A stretch of 64,000 bases of DNA from Myxococcales bacterium (GCA_047601445.1 JASGJH010000001.1:5888001-5952000), one strand, 5' to 3'; positions 20,389 through 32,618 are shown, numbered from the stretch's first letter. The notes: generated by a model not told the origin, from the letters alone. Program-made: numbers and translations.

Positions 20389-20536
20389 CAAGATCTCTGT
20401 TCCCATCCGGGATTGCGCCCTTCGGGGACGTGCTGCGCTCGACACTCCTTCGCGTGCCTCCGTGGTAGAGAGCAGAGTGCGCGCCCATGCACCCATGGCG
20501 GACGGCAGGCGCGCGCGAGCCAACGGGAGACGAACG

Positions 20537-21205
20537 ATGCCGAGATTGTTCGAGCGACGTGCCGAGCACTGGTGTGTAGTGGCCCTACTTTCTTGGTGCG
20601 CAGCGTGCAGCGAAGGCGGCACACGGACGCAGCCAGAGGCCGTGGTGGCGCCAGCGAAGAGCAGCAACCTGAGCAACATCGAGCCCCCTGTCACCAAGGG
20701 CCGCAGCTACTCCTTCTCGTCAGGTGACTCGGCGATCACCTTCGTGGCCGCCAAGGTGACCCGCTCTCATCAGGGCTCTTTCGGAGCCTTCCATGGCACC
20801 GTCGACGTGGTCTCCGCTCAGCCCGAGCAGAGCTCGGTGCGCGTGGAGATCGAGATGGCGTCGATTCAGACCGACGAAGACCAGCTCACCGGCCACCTCA
20901 AGAAACCCGACCTGCTCGACGTCGCAAAGTATCCCAAGGCGAGCTTCGTCTCCACGTCGATCACCAAGGCACCGAGCGGCCCGCGCAGCCACCTCGTCAC
21001 CGGCGACTTCGAGCTGCATGGTGTGCGCAAGTCCATTCAGTTCCCGGCCGATATCCGGATCACGGAGGGAGGAGTCGAGGCAGATGGCGACTTCACCTTC
21101 AAACGTCAGGACTTCGGCATTACCTATCCGGGAATGCCCGACGATCTCATCAAGGACGATGTGGTCATCAAGCTCAAGGTTCGCGCCAAGCCCGACGCCG
21201 CGTAG
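20537..21205 (+). CDS. YceI-family lipid/isoprenoid-binding protein
   Basis: ITFVAAKV..G.F..G, VEIEMASIQT, HLKKPDLLDVAKYPKASF, VTGDFELHGV, RQDFGI. Confidence 0.88.
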   Translation: MPRLFERRAEHWCVVALLSWCAACSEGGTRTQPEAVVAPAKSSNLSNIEPPVTKGRSYSFSSGDSAITFVAAKVTRSHQGSFGAFHGTVDVVSAQPEQSSVRVEIEMASIQTDEDQLTGHLKKPDLLDVAKYPKASFVSTSITKAPSGPRSHLVTGDFELHGVRKSIQFPADIRITEGGVEADGDFTFKRQDFGITYPGMPDDLIKDDVVIKLKVRAKPDAA

Positions 21206-21261
21206 ATCTCGTTCCGTCAGAAAGACTGGCATGCTGGTCTGAAAGACGATTCAATCGTGGC

Positions 21262-21945
21262 ATGCGAACGCAACCGACTTCGGGTGGCGCGGGGGGCGCC
21301 GCCACGCAAGCCGCCGAGCCGCGTCCAGCGGCCGAGCCGCGTGTCCAGTATCCCTCGGCTCGCGAGCAGATCCAGACCGGCGACGTGCTGCTCTTTCGGG
21401 GCACTTCGGCGGTCTCGCGCATCATCCGCTGGGGCAGCCGCAGTCCCTACTCCCACGCGGGTCTCGCGGCCTGGTGGGGCGACCGCTTGATCGTCTTTCA
21501 AGCTGTGAGCCATGGCGCGCAGGTCATCCCGCTCAGCAGCGCGGTGGACGCCTATGATGGACAGGTCGACTGGTGGACGCCGCACGCAGGGGTCACCGTC
21601 GATCGCGAGCGCCTGGTCGAACACGCGGTCACCATGCTCGGACGGGCCTACGCTTTCCACGGTGTGTTCGACCTGATGTGGCGCATGACCCAGCGGCGCT
21701 TCCGCGGCATGAAGGACCGCCGCGCCGCGCCCAAGGAGCTGTTCTGCTCCCAGTACGTGTCCTATTGCTATCGCAAGGCTGGCATCGACTTGGTAGATGG
21801 AACCGACGACGGCTCCACCAGTCCGGGCGATTTGGCGAACTCGGGTAGGCTCGTGTTCAGAGGGATCCTGCACGCGGATCCCGCCGAGAAGGCGGCCCGC
21901 AGGCAAGCAGCTCCGGGCAAACCCAAGCCGAAGGCCAAGGTCTAG
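21262..21945 (+). CDS. Permuted papain-like NlpC/P60 enzyme (YiiX/YaeF family)
   Basis: GDVLLF, YSHAG (His before Cys), LFCSQYV, SPGDL. Confidence 0.82.
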   Translation: MRTQPTSGGAGGAATQAAEPRPAAEPRVQYPSAREQIQTGDVLLFRGTSAVSRIIRWGSRSPYSHAGLAAWWGDRLIVFQAVSHGAQVIPLSSAVDAYDGQVDWWTPHAGVTVDRERLVEHAVTMLGRAYAFHGVFDLMWRMTQRRFRGMKDRRAAPKELFCSQYVSYCYRKAGIDLVDGTDDGSTSPGDLANSGRLVFRGILHADPAEKAARRQAAPGKPKPKAKV

Positions 21946-21998
21946 TCGCACCCCACGGTGGCGGTGCCTGCGCCTGCGCGAGATGCGGCCTGGCGCGC

Positions 21999-23426
21999 TC
22001 AGTCCTGGTTGGAAGGCGAAGGCACGGGAGGGCACGGTGGCAGGTTATCTGCGCCGCTGCAGGCGGGGGGCTCCGCACTACCGGTGGTGCGCGCGAGGAT
22101 CCAGGCGGCTACCCAGTCCATGTCCAGCGAGACGATGCTCGCATGGGTCGCCTGCGGATCCACGCACGTGGTCAAGGTCGCGCTCTCACCGGGCACCAGC
22201 TCCTCGCTGATCTTCGCCACACCGCATTCCGCGAGCGCGGGGGTGACGGTGGTGTCCAGGCTGCCCTGCCAGATCACCATGGGCGCGCCCTGCGCGTCGA
22301 TGACGGGTCGATCCGCAGCGAAGCGCGGCATCCATTGTTGCGCGAGTGGGTTGTCGCAGCCGTGCTCCGTTGCGGCGCACGGCGTGAGCTCCGTCAGGAA
22401 CTGCGCGGTGAAGACGTCCGAGGGTTGATCGCCGAGCCCTTTCACGTAGTCGATGGTGGAGTTCAGACACTGATTGGCGATCTGGTCGACGATCTGCGCG
22501 CTGCGATCCTGATTGAATAGTGTGCCTCCCTGACTCGCTCCGTCTTCCAGCACGCTGTGGCTGTAGAAGTAGTACATCGAGCCTGTGTAAGGTTCGGCGT
22601 TGTCGTTCGGGCCACCGAGCAAAGGCACGCTGCCCACGTTGCGAATCGGGAACCAGATGGGCGCGAACGTGGCCACGCCATTGAGTTCGCCGTCGACCCC
22701 GTAGCTCTGCTGCATGCTCTGGGCGCTGAGCACGGCGTGGCCGCCCTGGCCGTAGCCGACCAGCACCGTGGTGTTCGCCAGATAGTGGCCGGACAGCATG
22801 GTGCGCGCGGCCCGCGTGGCGTCGAGCACGGTGTGTCCTTCGTCCGCCGCGCTCAGGTAGCCCGGGGGTTCATCCGAGTATCCGTAGCCCGCGTAATCGG
22901 GTGCGATCACGGTGAAGCCGCGCCCCACGAGCCCGATCAGCGCGGTATTGAGCAGCGGGTCGTTGCGCGAGGGCGCGCACTGGGTCCCGAGCCCCACCGT
23001 GTCATGGGCGTACACCACCAGGGGCTGCGTCTGACCGGTCACCACGGGTGTGAAAGGCAAGTAGACCAGGGCTGAGGTTACGCCTTCTTGATCCTCGTCG
23101 ATGCGGCTCGTCCGGTAGGCGATCACGTAGGTGTCGGCGCCCGTGTTGATGCCGGCGGAAGAATAGCCCTCGGACTCCAGCTGCTGCCGGATGGCCTGGG
23201 CGCCCAAGCTGGTGGACTTGGTGCAGCGAATGACCTGACCGCGACGCCGCAATGCCCACTGCGCGAGGCCCTTGACGCTGTGATAGGCGTCGGTGAGCGT
23301 GTCCGTGCAGTCGATGGCGACTGGAGAGCTGAGGCCCTCGCTGAACCCGCATGCAGCGAGCGCGCAGCCGCCCGACAACCAGGCCAACCGCGGGGTGGTG
23401 CGCATGCGGCGGGTAGGGCGCATCAC
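21999..23426 (-). CDS. Secretory lipase (LIP)-family lipoprotein lacking the catalytic Ser
   Basis: Lipobox LAA-C; HDTVG..CAPS, VIAPDYAG.G, VLDATRAA, GYGQGG (expected GxSQGG), GSLDTTV, ATH. Confidence 0.8.
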   Translation of the reverse strand: MMRPTRRMRTTPRLAWLSGGCALAACGFSEGLSSPVAIDCTDTLTDAYHSVKGLAQWALRRRGQVIRCTKSTSLGAQAIRQQLESEGYSSAGINTGADTYVIAYRTSRIDEDQEGVTSALVYLPFTPVVTGQTQPLVVYAHDTVGLGTQCAPSRNDPLLNTALIGLVGRGFTVIAPDYAGYGYSDEPPGYLSAADEGHTVLDATRAARTMLSGHYLANTTVLVGYGQGGHAVLSAQSMQQSYGVDGELNGVATFAPIWFPIRNVGSVPLLGGPNDNAEPYTGSMYYFYSHSVLEDGASQGGTLFNQDRSAQIVDQIANQCLNSTIDYVKGLGDQPSDVFTAQFLTELTPCAATEHGCDNPLAQQWMPRFAADRPVIDAQGAPMVIWQGSLDTTVTPALAECGVAKISEELVPGESATLTTCVDPQATHASIVSLDMDWVAAWILARTTGSAEPPACSGADNLPPCPPVPSPSNQD

Positions 23427-23556
23427 GAAAAACCAAGCACCTACCCATTCTCCGGCAATGGATTTCGAACCGGGGAGGGCGTTGTCCTACACATTCACAG
23501 GGCGCTCGCACGCGAGCGCGCGCAAGAGCGCATCGGAGCTTTGAATCGAGCGCGCG

Positions 23557-24501
23557 ATGTCGTACGTCCAGAGCCGAATGCCAAGCCCTTCCCGATTTGG
23601 AACCTCACTCCGGCGAGGAGGCGGCGTCGCGCGGCGCCGCGTGCGAGCACTCGGAACGAGCCTCGCCCTCTTCTCATGCGTCGCTTGTGGCACATCGCAA
23701 GCTGCGAAAATGGCCCCTCAACACGCGGGACCGAGCCCTGTCTACGACGCGGCCGCCCTGCGCAACGAGGTCATCTACTCCAGCCCGGGCGAGGATCCTC
23801 GGATGGACATGTCCGGCATGGTGTCTCAAATGAGCGCGCCCTCCGCCGAGCAGGCCTACGCTGTGGCGACTCCCGCTCCTCCTCCTCCGCCAGTGGCACC
23901 GCAGCTTCCGCCCGGCGACGCACCCAAGGCTGAAGTCGCGTCCGACGCGGTACAGCCGGGGCCCATCTTGATCTACAGAGCGTCCTTCCTGCTCAGTGTG
24001 TACGAGGTGGAGAAGACGCAAGCCGCGCTGAAAGCCAAGGCCAAGGAGTTGGGCGGCTTCGTGTCGGAGCAGAACGACAGCATGCTCACGCTGCGGATAC
24101 CTTCGTCGCACTTCGAGCAAACGCTGACGGCGATCGAAGCGGCAGGCAAGGTCCGGTCACGCAACGTCACGGCCGCCGACGTGGGCGAAGAGTACCGTGA
24201 CGTCACGTTGCGTCTGCGCACGGCGGAGCTCCTGCGACAGCGTCTGGAGGCCATGCTCGCGAAGGCGGAGAAAGTGAGCGACGCGCTCGAAGTGCAGGCG
24301 CAGATCGAGCGCATCGTCCGTGAGATCGAGGGCCTCAAGGGTCACCTCCGGAATCTCAGCGACCAGATCGCCTACTCCACCATCACCATTCAGTTTCAGC
24401 CCGAGGCGCGCCCGGACCTCGACGACAGCGACGTCTTCAAGCTGCCCTATCCCTGGCTCGACGAACTCGGACTTCACAACCTGCTGGAGCTCGTACCATG
24501 A
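23557..24501 (+). CDS. DUF4349-domain lipoprotein
   Basis: Lipobox CVA-C; GGFV..LTLRIPS..F, DVGEEYRDV..RL, IE.LKG.LR.L.DQIAYSTITI. Start uncertain. Confidence 0.82.
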   Translation: MSYVQSRMPSPSRFGTSLRRGGGVARRRVRALGTSLALFSCVACGTSQAAKMAPQHAGPSPVYDAAALRNEVIYSSPGEDPRMDMSGMVSQMSAPSAEQAYAVATPAPPPPPVAPQLPPGDAPKAEVASDAVQPGPILIYRASFLLSVYEVEKTQAALKAKAKELGGFVSEQNDSMLTLRIPSSHFEQTLTAIEAAGKVRSRNVTAADVGEEYRDVTLRLRTAELLRQRLEAMLAKAEKVSDALEVQAQIERIVREIEGLKGHLRNLSDQIAYSTITIQFQPEARPDLDDSDVFKLPYPWLDELGLHNLLELVP

Positions 24502-24962
24502 ACCCCAAGGGCCCAATTGCGGTGCTCGCCGTCCTCTGTGCGCTGTCCACGGCGTGCCACGGCGCCAGCTTCGAGACCCCCAATCGCTTCGCCAAGCTCG
24601 CCGAGAGCGAACGCTACGAACAGCGGGCCACCAATCCACAGGGCGTGGTGGTGGCCGTACGCAAGATCGACCTGGCCGAGCCCGCCAGTCTCAACTTCTG
24701 GAGCGAGGCCGTGACGCAGCGCCTGCAGGGCGGGCAAGGCTATGCGCTACTGGGTGAGAAGGACGTGAAGGCCCAGACGGGTCACGGCGGCAAGCTCCTC
24801 TACTTCGGACGTGACCAAAACGGACATACCTTCGACTATTGGGTCGCAGTCTTCCCCGATCACAAGCGCCTGTATCTGCTCGAGGCCGGCGGACGTCGGG
24901 ATCGCTTCGACCAGGCCAAGGCCGAGATCGAGCGCGCGATCGCCAGCCTACGCATCGATTGA
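24498..24962 (+). CDS. Hypothetical lipoprotein
   Basis: Lipobox LSTA-C; ATGA overlap with the DUF4349 gene. Confidence 0.75.
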   Translation: MNPKGPIAVLAVLCALSTACHGASFETPNRFAKLAESERYEQRATNPQGVVVAVRKIDLAEPASLNFWSEAVTQRLQGGQGYALLGEKDVKAQTGHGGKLLYFGRDQNGHTFDYWVAVFPDHKRLYLLEAGGRRDRFDQAKAEIERAIASLRID

Positions 24963-25093
24963 TCGTCAGCCCGCCGGTTCCTCGGACGATAGGCGAGCTC
25001 TCCCTACACGCACGGATTGCGTCGCCGCCCATCGCCCGTGCAGACGGGTTTTTTGGCCCGTTCCCACGCCACTTGTGTCTACATTCGTTCCGA

Positions 25094-25642
25094 ATGCGTA
25101 GCTTGGCGTTGTGTCTCTTGCTGGCCGGGTGCTCCGTAGACCTGCAGGGCGTCTCGTCGGGAACCGTGGAGGGCGACGGCGACGGACCCGACCAGGAGAA
25201 GGACGCGCACGTCGAGCACGACGCGAACTCGAGCGATGCGCACGCCGACCCCGAAGTCCCCGACGCCGACCTGCCGCGACAGGACGCGCAAGTCGCGCAA
25301 GACGCGGGCCCGACCCATGACGCCGCCACGCCGTCCGTTGGCTATCAACCACCGGCCGGACAGATCGGCTCACGCTGCAATCAGAACAGCGACTGCGACG
25401 GCTTCCTCACCGCTCGCTGCGCCAAGGACGACGACCTGATCGGATCGGACACAGGCTACTGCACCCGCACCTGCACGGCGAACGGCGCTGGCAACCAGTG
25501 TGGCGCCGGTGCCATCTGCATCTCCGTGAACGGCTCGGGAACCTGTCAGCGCTACTGCAAGAACGACAACGAGTGCCGCCTCGAGGACGACTACCACTGC
25601 GTGGCGCACCCGATCTTGCAATACGGCCTTTGCTGGCAATAG
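25094..25642 (+). CDS. Cys-rich lipoprotein (one module like those in 4637-5740)
   Basis: MRSLALCLLLAG-C; GSRCNQNSDC..GYCTRTC..CGAGAIC..CQRYCKNDNEC. Confidence 0.8.
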   Translation: MRSLALCLLLAGCSVDLQGVSSGTVEGDGDGPDQEKDAHVEHDANSSDAHADPEVPDADLPRQDAQVAQDAGPTHDAATPSVGYQPPAGQIGSRCNQNSDCDGFLTARCAKDDDLIGSDTGYCTRTCTANGAGNQCGAGAICISVNGSGTCQRYCKNDNECRLEDDYHCVAHPILQYGLCWQ

Positions 25643-25955
25643 CTCGTACGAGGGCTCGCGGCGCGCCCCTCCCATGCGCTCTGGTGATGGCAAGTGGGTG
25701 CCCTCTGCGCGCGGTCGCCATGGGCTGCGCTCCGCATTCTCCCTTCTGCGCGCATGGCACGCCTCCGGCCGAAGCGCAGAACAGATGTGCGACCAGGTCA
25801 GCGACCCCATGAGCCGCGCTGTCTGAGCGAATCTCAAGTCCGCACGAGGAGCGAGTTCGCGGCCCCACCGCCCCAAGCTACCCCATGACGTACAGCCGTG
25901 GATCGAAGCCCATGGCGACCGCGCGCAGAAGGGAGAACCCGGCCGCGCGCGGGCT

Positions 25956-27777
<1,822 letters not shown>

Positions 27778-27874
27778 GTGATCACACTACCGAATCCACG
27801 CGGGCCCGTCAGGGCTTTCTCGGATCACCCCGCAGAAGGCGAGGGACCGAGATGTGTCCGCGTGTATGCCTGAG

Positions 27875-28474
27875 CTAGTTCTTGGCGGACTCGGCGGCCT
27901 TGGGTTTGGCCACCGCTACCATCGCGGCGCGCAGCAGCTTTCCACCCAAGCGAAAGCCCGGCACCATCTCGTGCACCACCGTGCCTGCGGGCTGGTCGCT
28001 CTCGAGCTGCTGCACGGCCTCGTGCAAACCCGGATCGAAGGGCTGGCCCACGCTCTCCACGCGTTCCACGCCGAGGCGTTCGAGCGCGTCCTCGGTCATC
28101 TTGAGCACCATGCGCACGCCTTCGACGATGGCGCCGACTTCCTTGGTGTGACCTGCCGCCTGGATGGCGCGCTGAAGGTTGTCGGAGACCGGCAGCATTT
28201 CGAGCAGTGCTCGCTCGAGACCCTTCTTCTGCGCGTCTTCGACGTCCTTTCGCGCGCGCTTGCGGAAGTTGTCGAAATCGGCGGCGGTCCGGAGGAGCTG
28301 GTCCTTCAGACGTGCGGCCTCTTCCTTGGCTTTCTCCAGCTCGAGACGCAGCAGATCCTCGGTTGAGGGCTCAGCGCCACTTGCAGCAGATTCGGTCTCG
28401 GGGGCGCCGTTCGCGGCGCCGGAGTTCGCGGCCGAAGCCTCATCTACGCCCGGTTTCTGTTCAGCATCGTTCAC
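27875..28474 (-). CDS. grpE: Nucleotide exchange factor GrpE
   Basis: LRTAADFDNFRKR, LPVSDNLQRA, GQPFDPGLHEA, GFRLGGKLLRAAMVAV. Confidence 0.95.
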   Translation of the reverse strand: MNDAEQKPGVDEASAANSGAANGAPETESAASGAEPSTEDLLRLELEKAKEEAARLKDQLLRTAADFDNFRKRARKDVEDAQKKGLERALLEMLPVSDNLQRAIQAAGHTKEVGAIVEGVRMVLKMTEDALERLGVERVESVGQPFDPGLHEAVQQLESDQPAGTVVHEMVPGFRLGGKLLRAAMVAVAKPKAAESAKN

Positions 28475-28606
28475 GCAACATTCCCCTACGTTGGGGCCAA
28501 GATATCCACCCGGGTCCCGCTGGCAAGGCGTCGAAGCGCGCCCTCGGGCGCGCGAGCGGAAGAACGGCGACGAGGCCAGTACGCTAAAGCGTGCGCCCGA
28601 GGGGCC

Positions 28607-29635
28607 TCAGTTGCCCTTTTCCAGCAGATCGGTGAGCAGATTGGCCGCACAGCTGACCAGCGGAATTACCTTCTGGTAGTCGATGCGCGTGGGCCCGATG
28701 ACCGCCAGGGTGCCCGTCCCGCGCCCCAGCTGGCCGTAGGTGGCGCTGATCAGGCTCAGGTCCTGACCGTCCAGCAGCTGCGTTTCGGCGCCGATGAGCA
28801 CCTGGACGCCACCCGATGCCATGGTGCGGTCCAGGAGCTCCAGCAGGCGCTCGCGCTCGCCCAGGGCCGACAGCACGCTGCGCATCTTGTCCACACTGGC
28901 GAAGTCCGGCTGGCCGAGCAGGCGCTGCTGACCCTCGATGAGGACCTCACGGGAGCTGGTGGCGGCGCTGGCGGTGGCCTCCACCATGGCCGAGGCGCGC
29001 GCGGCCAGGGCGCTGCGCTCGGTCTCCGCGGCACGGGCCACCAGTGCGCGCAGCTCGCTCAGGGTGCGCTGGCCCAGCAGGGATTCGAGGTAGTTGTGCA
29101 GGCGCTCGAGCTCCGGGGCATCGGGCTCGTGCTCCACGTTGACCACGCGGTTCTCGATGGCGCCGGAGCGCGTGACCACCACGGCCAGGAGCTGCCCGGG
29201 GCGCAGACGAATCCAGCGCAACTGGGCCACGTGCTGGTCGGTGGCGGGCGGCGTGTGCACCACGGCCGCCGCTCCCGTGAGATGGGAGAGCAAGCGGCCT
29301 GTCTCGCGAGGCAGGTCGTCCACTCCCGGTGTCAGCCGCGAGAGGCGTTCGAACAGCATATTGCGATCGCCCGGCTGGACCTCGCGCACCCGCACCAGGG
29401 CGTCGACGAAGCAGCGGAAACCACGGTCGGTGGGGATGCGACCCGCGCTGGTGTGGGGCTGGGCCAGGTAGCCGGACTCCTCGAGGTCCGCGAGCTCGTT
29501 GCGAATGGTCGCAGGCGAGACGTCGAGCCCGTATCGACGGGCTAGCTTGCGCGAACCGACCGGCTCCCCCGTGGCGATGTATTCCGTCACGACTGCATAG
29601 AGGATCCGGCGAGAGCGAAAACCGAGCTCCTGCAT
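28607..29635 (-). CDS. hrcA: Heat-inducible transcription repressor HrcA
   Basis: YIATGEPVGS, SPATIRNELADLE..GYL.QPHTSAGRIPTDRG, IGPTRIDY. Confidence 0.95.
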   Translation of the reverse strand: MQELGFRSRRILYAVVTEYIATGEPVGSRKLARRYGLDVSPATIRNELADLEESGYLAQPHTSAGRIPTDRGFRCFVDALVRVREVQPGDRNMLFERLSRLTPGVDDLPRETGRLLSHLTGAAAVVHTPPATDQHVAQLRWIRLRPGQLLAVVVTRSGAIENRVVNVEHEPDAPELERLHNYLESLLGQRTLSELRALVARAAETERSALAARASAMVEATASAATSSREVLIEGQQRLLGQPDFASVDKMRSVLSALGERERLLELLDRTMASGGVQVLIGAETQLLDGQDLSLISATYGQLGRGTGTLAVIGPTRIDYQKVIPLVSCAANLLTDLLEKGN

Positions 29636-29648
29636 CAGAACTCCTTCT

Positions 29649-29677
29649 AGCTAGGCCCCTACCGAGCCACGTGTCAA
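29649..29677 (-). promoter_or_regulatory. Candidate sigma70 promoter of hrcA-grpE-dnaK
   Basis: Minus strand TTGACA-N17-CTAGCT (weak -10), followed by AAGGAG RBS. Confidence 0.4.
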
Positions 29678-29744
29678 GGGCGAGTCAAGTGCGATAGGAC
29701 GAAATGCCCGCCAAGGTAGGTTCGAGGAACACCCGCGCCGCCCC

Positions 29745-30716
29745 CTATTTGGCCAAGACCCGCGCCAGTTCCACCAAGGCCAGGTCGAGCGGCTTGGTGC
29801 GACCCGCCACTTCGCTCAATGGCGTGTGCGCAATTTCCCCGTGGACGAGTCCGCACAGCACGCCAGACAGGCCCGACTCGAGGGCTGCCACGGCGGCGGT
29901 GCCGAGGCGCGTGGCCAGAATGCGATCGGCGGCGTTGGGCTGGGCGCCGCGGACCACGTGGCCGAGGGTCGTGGCCCGCAAGTCGAACCCGATCATCTCG
30001 CGGTTCTCTTCGAAGTGCTTGAGGATGGCGGCGGTGCCGTTCTTGGCGCCCTCGGCGCAGACGACGATCGCGTGGGTCTTGCCGCGCTGATAGGCGGCGC
30101 GCAGACGTTCGGCCACCTCCTCGGGGGTCACTTCGTTCTCGGGCGAGCTGATTACCTCGGCGCCACCCGCCAGGCCGGCCATCAAGGCGAGGTAGCCGCA
30201 GTCACGACCCATGGTCTCCACGAGGAAGGCGCGCTGATGCGACGAGCCCGTGGTGCGCAGGCGATCGATCGCCTCCAGGGTCACGTTGATGGCGGTGTCG
30301 CAGCCGATGGTGATGTCCGTTCCGAGCAGGTCGTTGTCGATGGTGGAGGCCACGCCCACGACTGGGAAGCCCATCGCGCTCAACGCGGCGGCCCCACTTT
30401 GGGAGCCATTGCCGCCGATCACCACCAAAGCCTCGACGCCGCGTTGCGCCAGGTTACGCAGCGCCTTGAGGCGGCCGGACTGCTCCCGGAACTCCTTGCA
30501 ACGCGCGCTGCCGAGGAACGTTCCGCCCTTTTGAATGATGCCGCCGACGTCGCGGGCTCTGAGGGGCTCGAGAGCGTCGTCTACCAAGCCCTGAAACCCG
30601 TACCGTACCCCGACGACTTCACTGCCTCGATCCAGGGCACTTCGTGTCACCGCGCGGATGGCCGCGTTCATGCCCGGGGCGTCGCCGCCACTCGTCAGGA
30701 CTGCGATACGATGCAT
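29745..30716 (-). CDS. pfkA: ATP-dependent 6-phosphofructokinase
   Basis: IAVLTSGGDAPGMNAAIR, GGTFLGSAR, IGGNGS, TIDND, ETMGRDCG, LGHVVRG. Confidence 0.95.
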   Translation of the reverse strand: MHRIAVLTSGGDAPGMNAAIRAVTRSALDRGSEVVGVRYGFQGLVDDALEPLRARDVGGIIQKGGTFLGSARCKEFREQSGRLKALRNLAQRGVEALVVIGGNGSQSGAAALSAMGFPVVGVASTIDNDLLGTDITIGCDTAINVTLEAIDRLRTTGSSHQRAFLVETMGRDCGYLALMAGLAGGAEVISSPENEVTPEEVAERLRAAYQRGKTHAIVVCAEGAKNGTAAILKHFEENREMIGFDLRATTLGHVVRGAQPNAADRILATRLGTAAVAALESGLSGVLCGLVHGEIAHTPLSEVAGRTKPLDLALVELARVLAK

Positions 30717-30968
30717 AGGCTCATAGCGTAGTGGCTCCCTACCGGGATCGTCCATTGACTGGCGTACGAGTGCGCGCGGAAAGTGCACGAATGCGAGCAG
30801 TCCGAGCGCGGGAATCTGCGCCGCCGCCGCGCTCGTCGCTCGCGCGGAGCGCCCTTCGCCAGTGGCTAGCCTGCCGCCGAGTGGCCACGAAGCATGCGCG
30901 CGAAGTCACTGCGGTAGACGTCTTGTTTCACTCTGTGTGCAGAGCTCCACCAGCCAGCGCGAATCGCC

Positions 30969-32618
30969 TTGCGCAATGGGGGTTTCCTGGTCAGCACTGG
31001 CGAAGTGACGAGCCGCCGCGTGCCTGAACCCGATTCCGCTTCCCCCGCGTCTGGCGGCGCGTTGCGTGAGGGAACGCGTGAACCGGGCAGCGAACCCTCG
31101 CGCACGCGCGAACCGAGCGGCAGTCTGGATCCGCTGGGCCGCCTGTGGGAGCTCAGGCGTTCCGCACCACTCACCAACGGCGACGTGGCGGCAGCACTGG
31201 TCGAGTTGACCGCGCTGGCCGCCGAGGTGTTGGGCGTGGCGAGCGTGCGCATCTGGCACTTGAGTGCCGACGGGCGGCGCTTGGAGTGCATCCACTTCTA
31301 CCACTTGCTCAGTCGCAACCACGGGCGCGGCGGCACACTCGACGTGACCCAGCACGCCCGCTACGTGGACGCGCTACGGCTCGATGGCCGCATCGGCGTG
31401 GCCGACGTGCGGCGCGACCCGCGCGCGCGTGAGCTCTCCGATTCCGAAGTAGAGGCCCGACTCGACGTGGCGGTGCGTCTGCGCGGTCAGTTCGTGGGTG
31501 TGGTGTCCTGTGAACACGCCGGCGGTCCCAGGATGTTTCGACTGTGGGAGGAGCTCTTCGTCGGCTCGCTCTCGGACTACGTGGCCATGGTGCTGCAGGT
31601 ACGAGAACAGCTGCGCGCGGAGGCTTTTCTCGCCGACCAACGCGTGCAGGTGGACGACTTGTTGGAGTCGCGCACGAGCGCGGTGGTGCGCGAGAACGCC
31701 GACCTGCAGCGTGAGGTGGACGCTCTCCAGCTCGCGGCCGAGACCATTCGCAAGTCCGAAGACGAGCGGCGCCGACTGTTCGCGGCTTCCCCGGTGCCCA
31801 TGTTGCTCGTGCGCAAGCGCGACCAGGTGGTGTTGCTCGCCAACGATCGTTGCGCCGCGGCCCTGCGCTGCAAGCTGAGCGACTTCGACAAGCGGCGGGT
31901 GAACGAGCTGTTCGTGCATCAGTCGGACTTCGGGGACACGCTCTCCACGCTCGAGCGGGGCGGCGAAGTGGACGCCCTCGAGATCCAGCTGTGCGCCGCC
32001 GACGGCAGCGCGTTTTGGGCCCTGCTCTCGGCGCGCACCGTGCAGTTCGGTGAGGAGGACTCGGCGCTGATCGCGTTCACCGACCTCACGGCGCAAAAGG
32101 CCGTCGAGCATCAGCTGCGCACCTTGGCCCAGCGCGATCCCTTGACCCAGGCCTACAATCGCCACCACTTCTGGCAGATTGCCCACAACGAGCTCTCGCG
32201 CGTGAAGCGCTACCAGCGACCGCTCTCGCTGGCGATGGTCGACGCCGACCTGTTCAAGGCCATCAACGACCAGCACGGCCACGACGCGGGAGACATGGTG
32301 CTGCGAGCCATCGTCGACACCTGTCACGAGACCCTGCGCGAGAGCGACGTGCTGGCGCGCTACGGCGGCGAGGAGTTCGTGGTGCTCTTGCCCGAGACGC
32401 CGAGCGAGGGCGCCCAGACCGTGATGGAGCGCCTGCGAGAGCGCGTGGAAAGCACCAGCATCATGCTCGACGACGGGCGCGAAGTGCGGGTCACGGTGAG
32501 CATCGGGTTGAGCGCGCTTTTGGAGTCCGATCCGGACGTGGAGACAGTGCTCAAGCGCGCCGACGAAGCCCTCTACGCAGCCAAGCACAGCGGCCGCAAT
32601 CGGGTGGTGTTGCGCTGA
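30969..32618 (+). CDS. GAF-PAS-GGDEF diguanylate cyclase
   Basis: GAF (ARLDVAV..GVVSCEH), PAS (ASPVPM..FWALLS), DPLT..NR, FKAINDQHGH..GD, RESD I-site, RYGGEEF. Start uncertain. Confidence 0.92.
   Translation: MRNGGFLVSTGEVTSRRVPEPDSASPASGGALREGTREPGSEPSRTREPSGSLDPLGRLWELRRSAPLTNGDVAAALVELTALAAEVLGVASVRIWHLSADGRRLECIHFYHLLSRNHGRGGTLDVTQHARYVDALRLDGRIGVADVRRDPRARELSDSEVEARLDVAVRLRGQFVGVVSCEHAGGPRMFRLWEELFVGSLSDYVAMVLQVREQLRAEAFLADQRVQVDDLLESRTSAVVRENADLQREVDALQLAAETIRKSEDERRRLFAASPVPMLLVRKRDQVVLLANDRCAAALRCKLSDFDKRRVNELFVHQSDFGDTLSTLERGGEVDALEIQLCAADGSAFWALLSARTVQFGEEDSALIAFTDLTAQKAVEHQLRTLAQRDPLTQAYNRHHFWQIAHNELSRVKRYQRPLSLAMVDADLFKAINDQHGHDAGDMVLRAIVDTCHETLRESDVLARYGGEEFVVLLPETPSEGAQTVMERLRERVESTSIMLDDGREVRVTVSIGLSALLESDPDVETVLKRADEALYAAKHSGRNRVVLR

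Noticed and set aside
25756..25770. TGGCACG-N4-CGGC sigma54-like motif
   Set aside because: Poor -12 element and it points into the 3' end of the convergent dnaK, with no downstream gene.
29636..29744. CIRCE element upstream of hrcA
   Set aside because: Only a partial TCGCACTT resemblance, with no matching second arm at 9-bp spacing.
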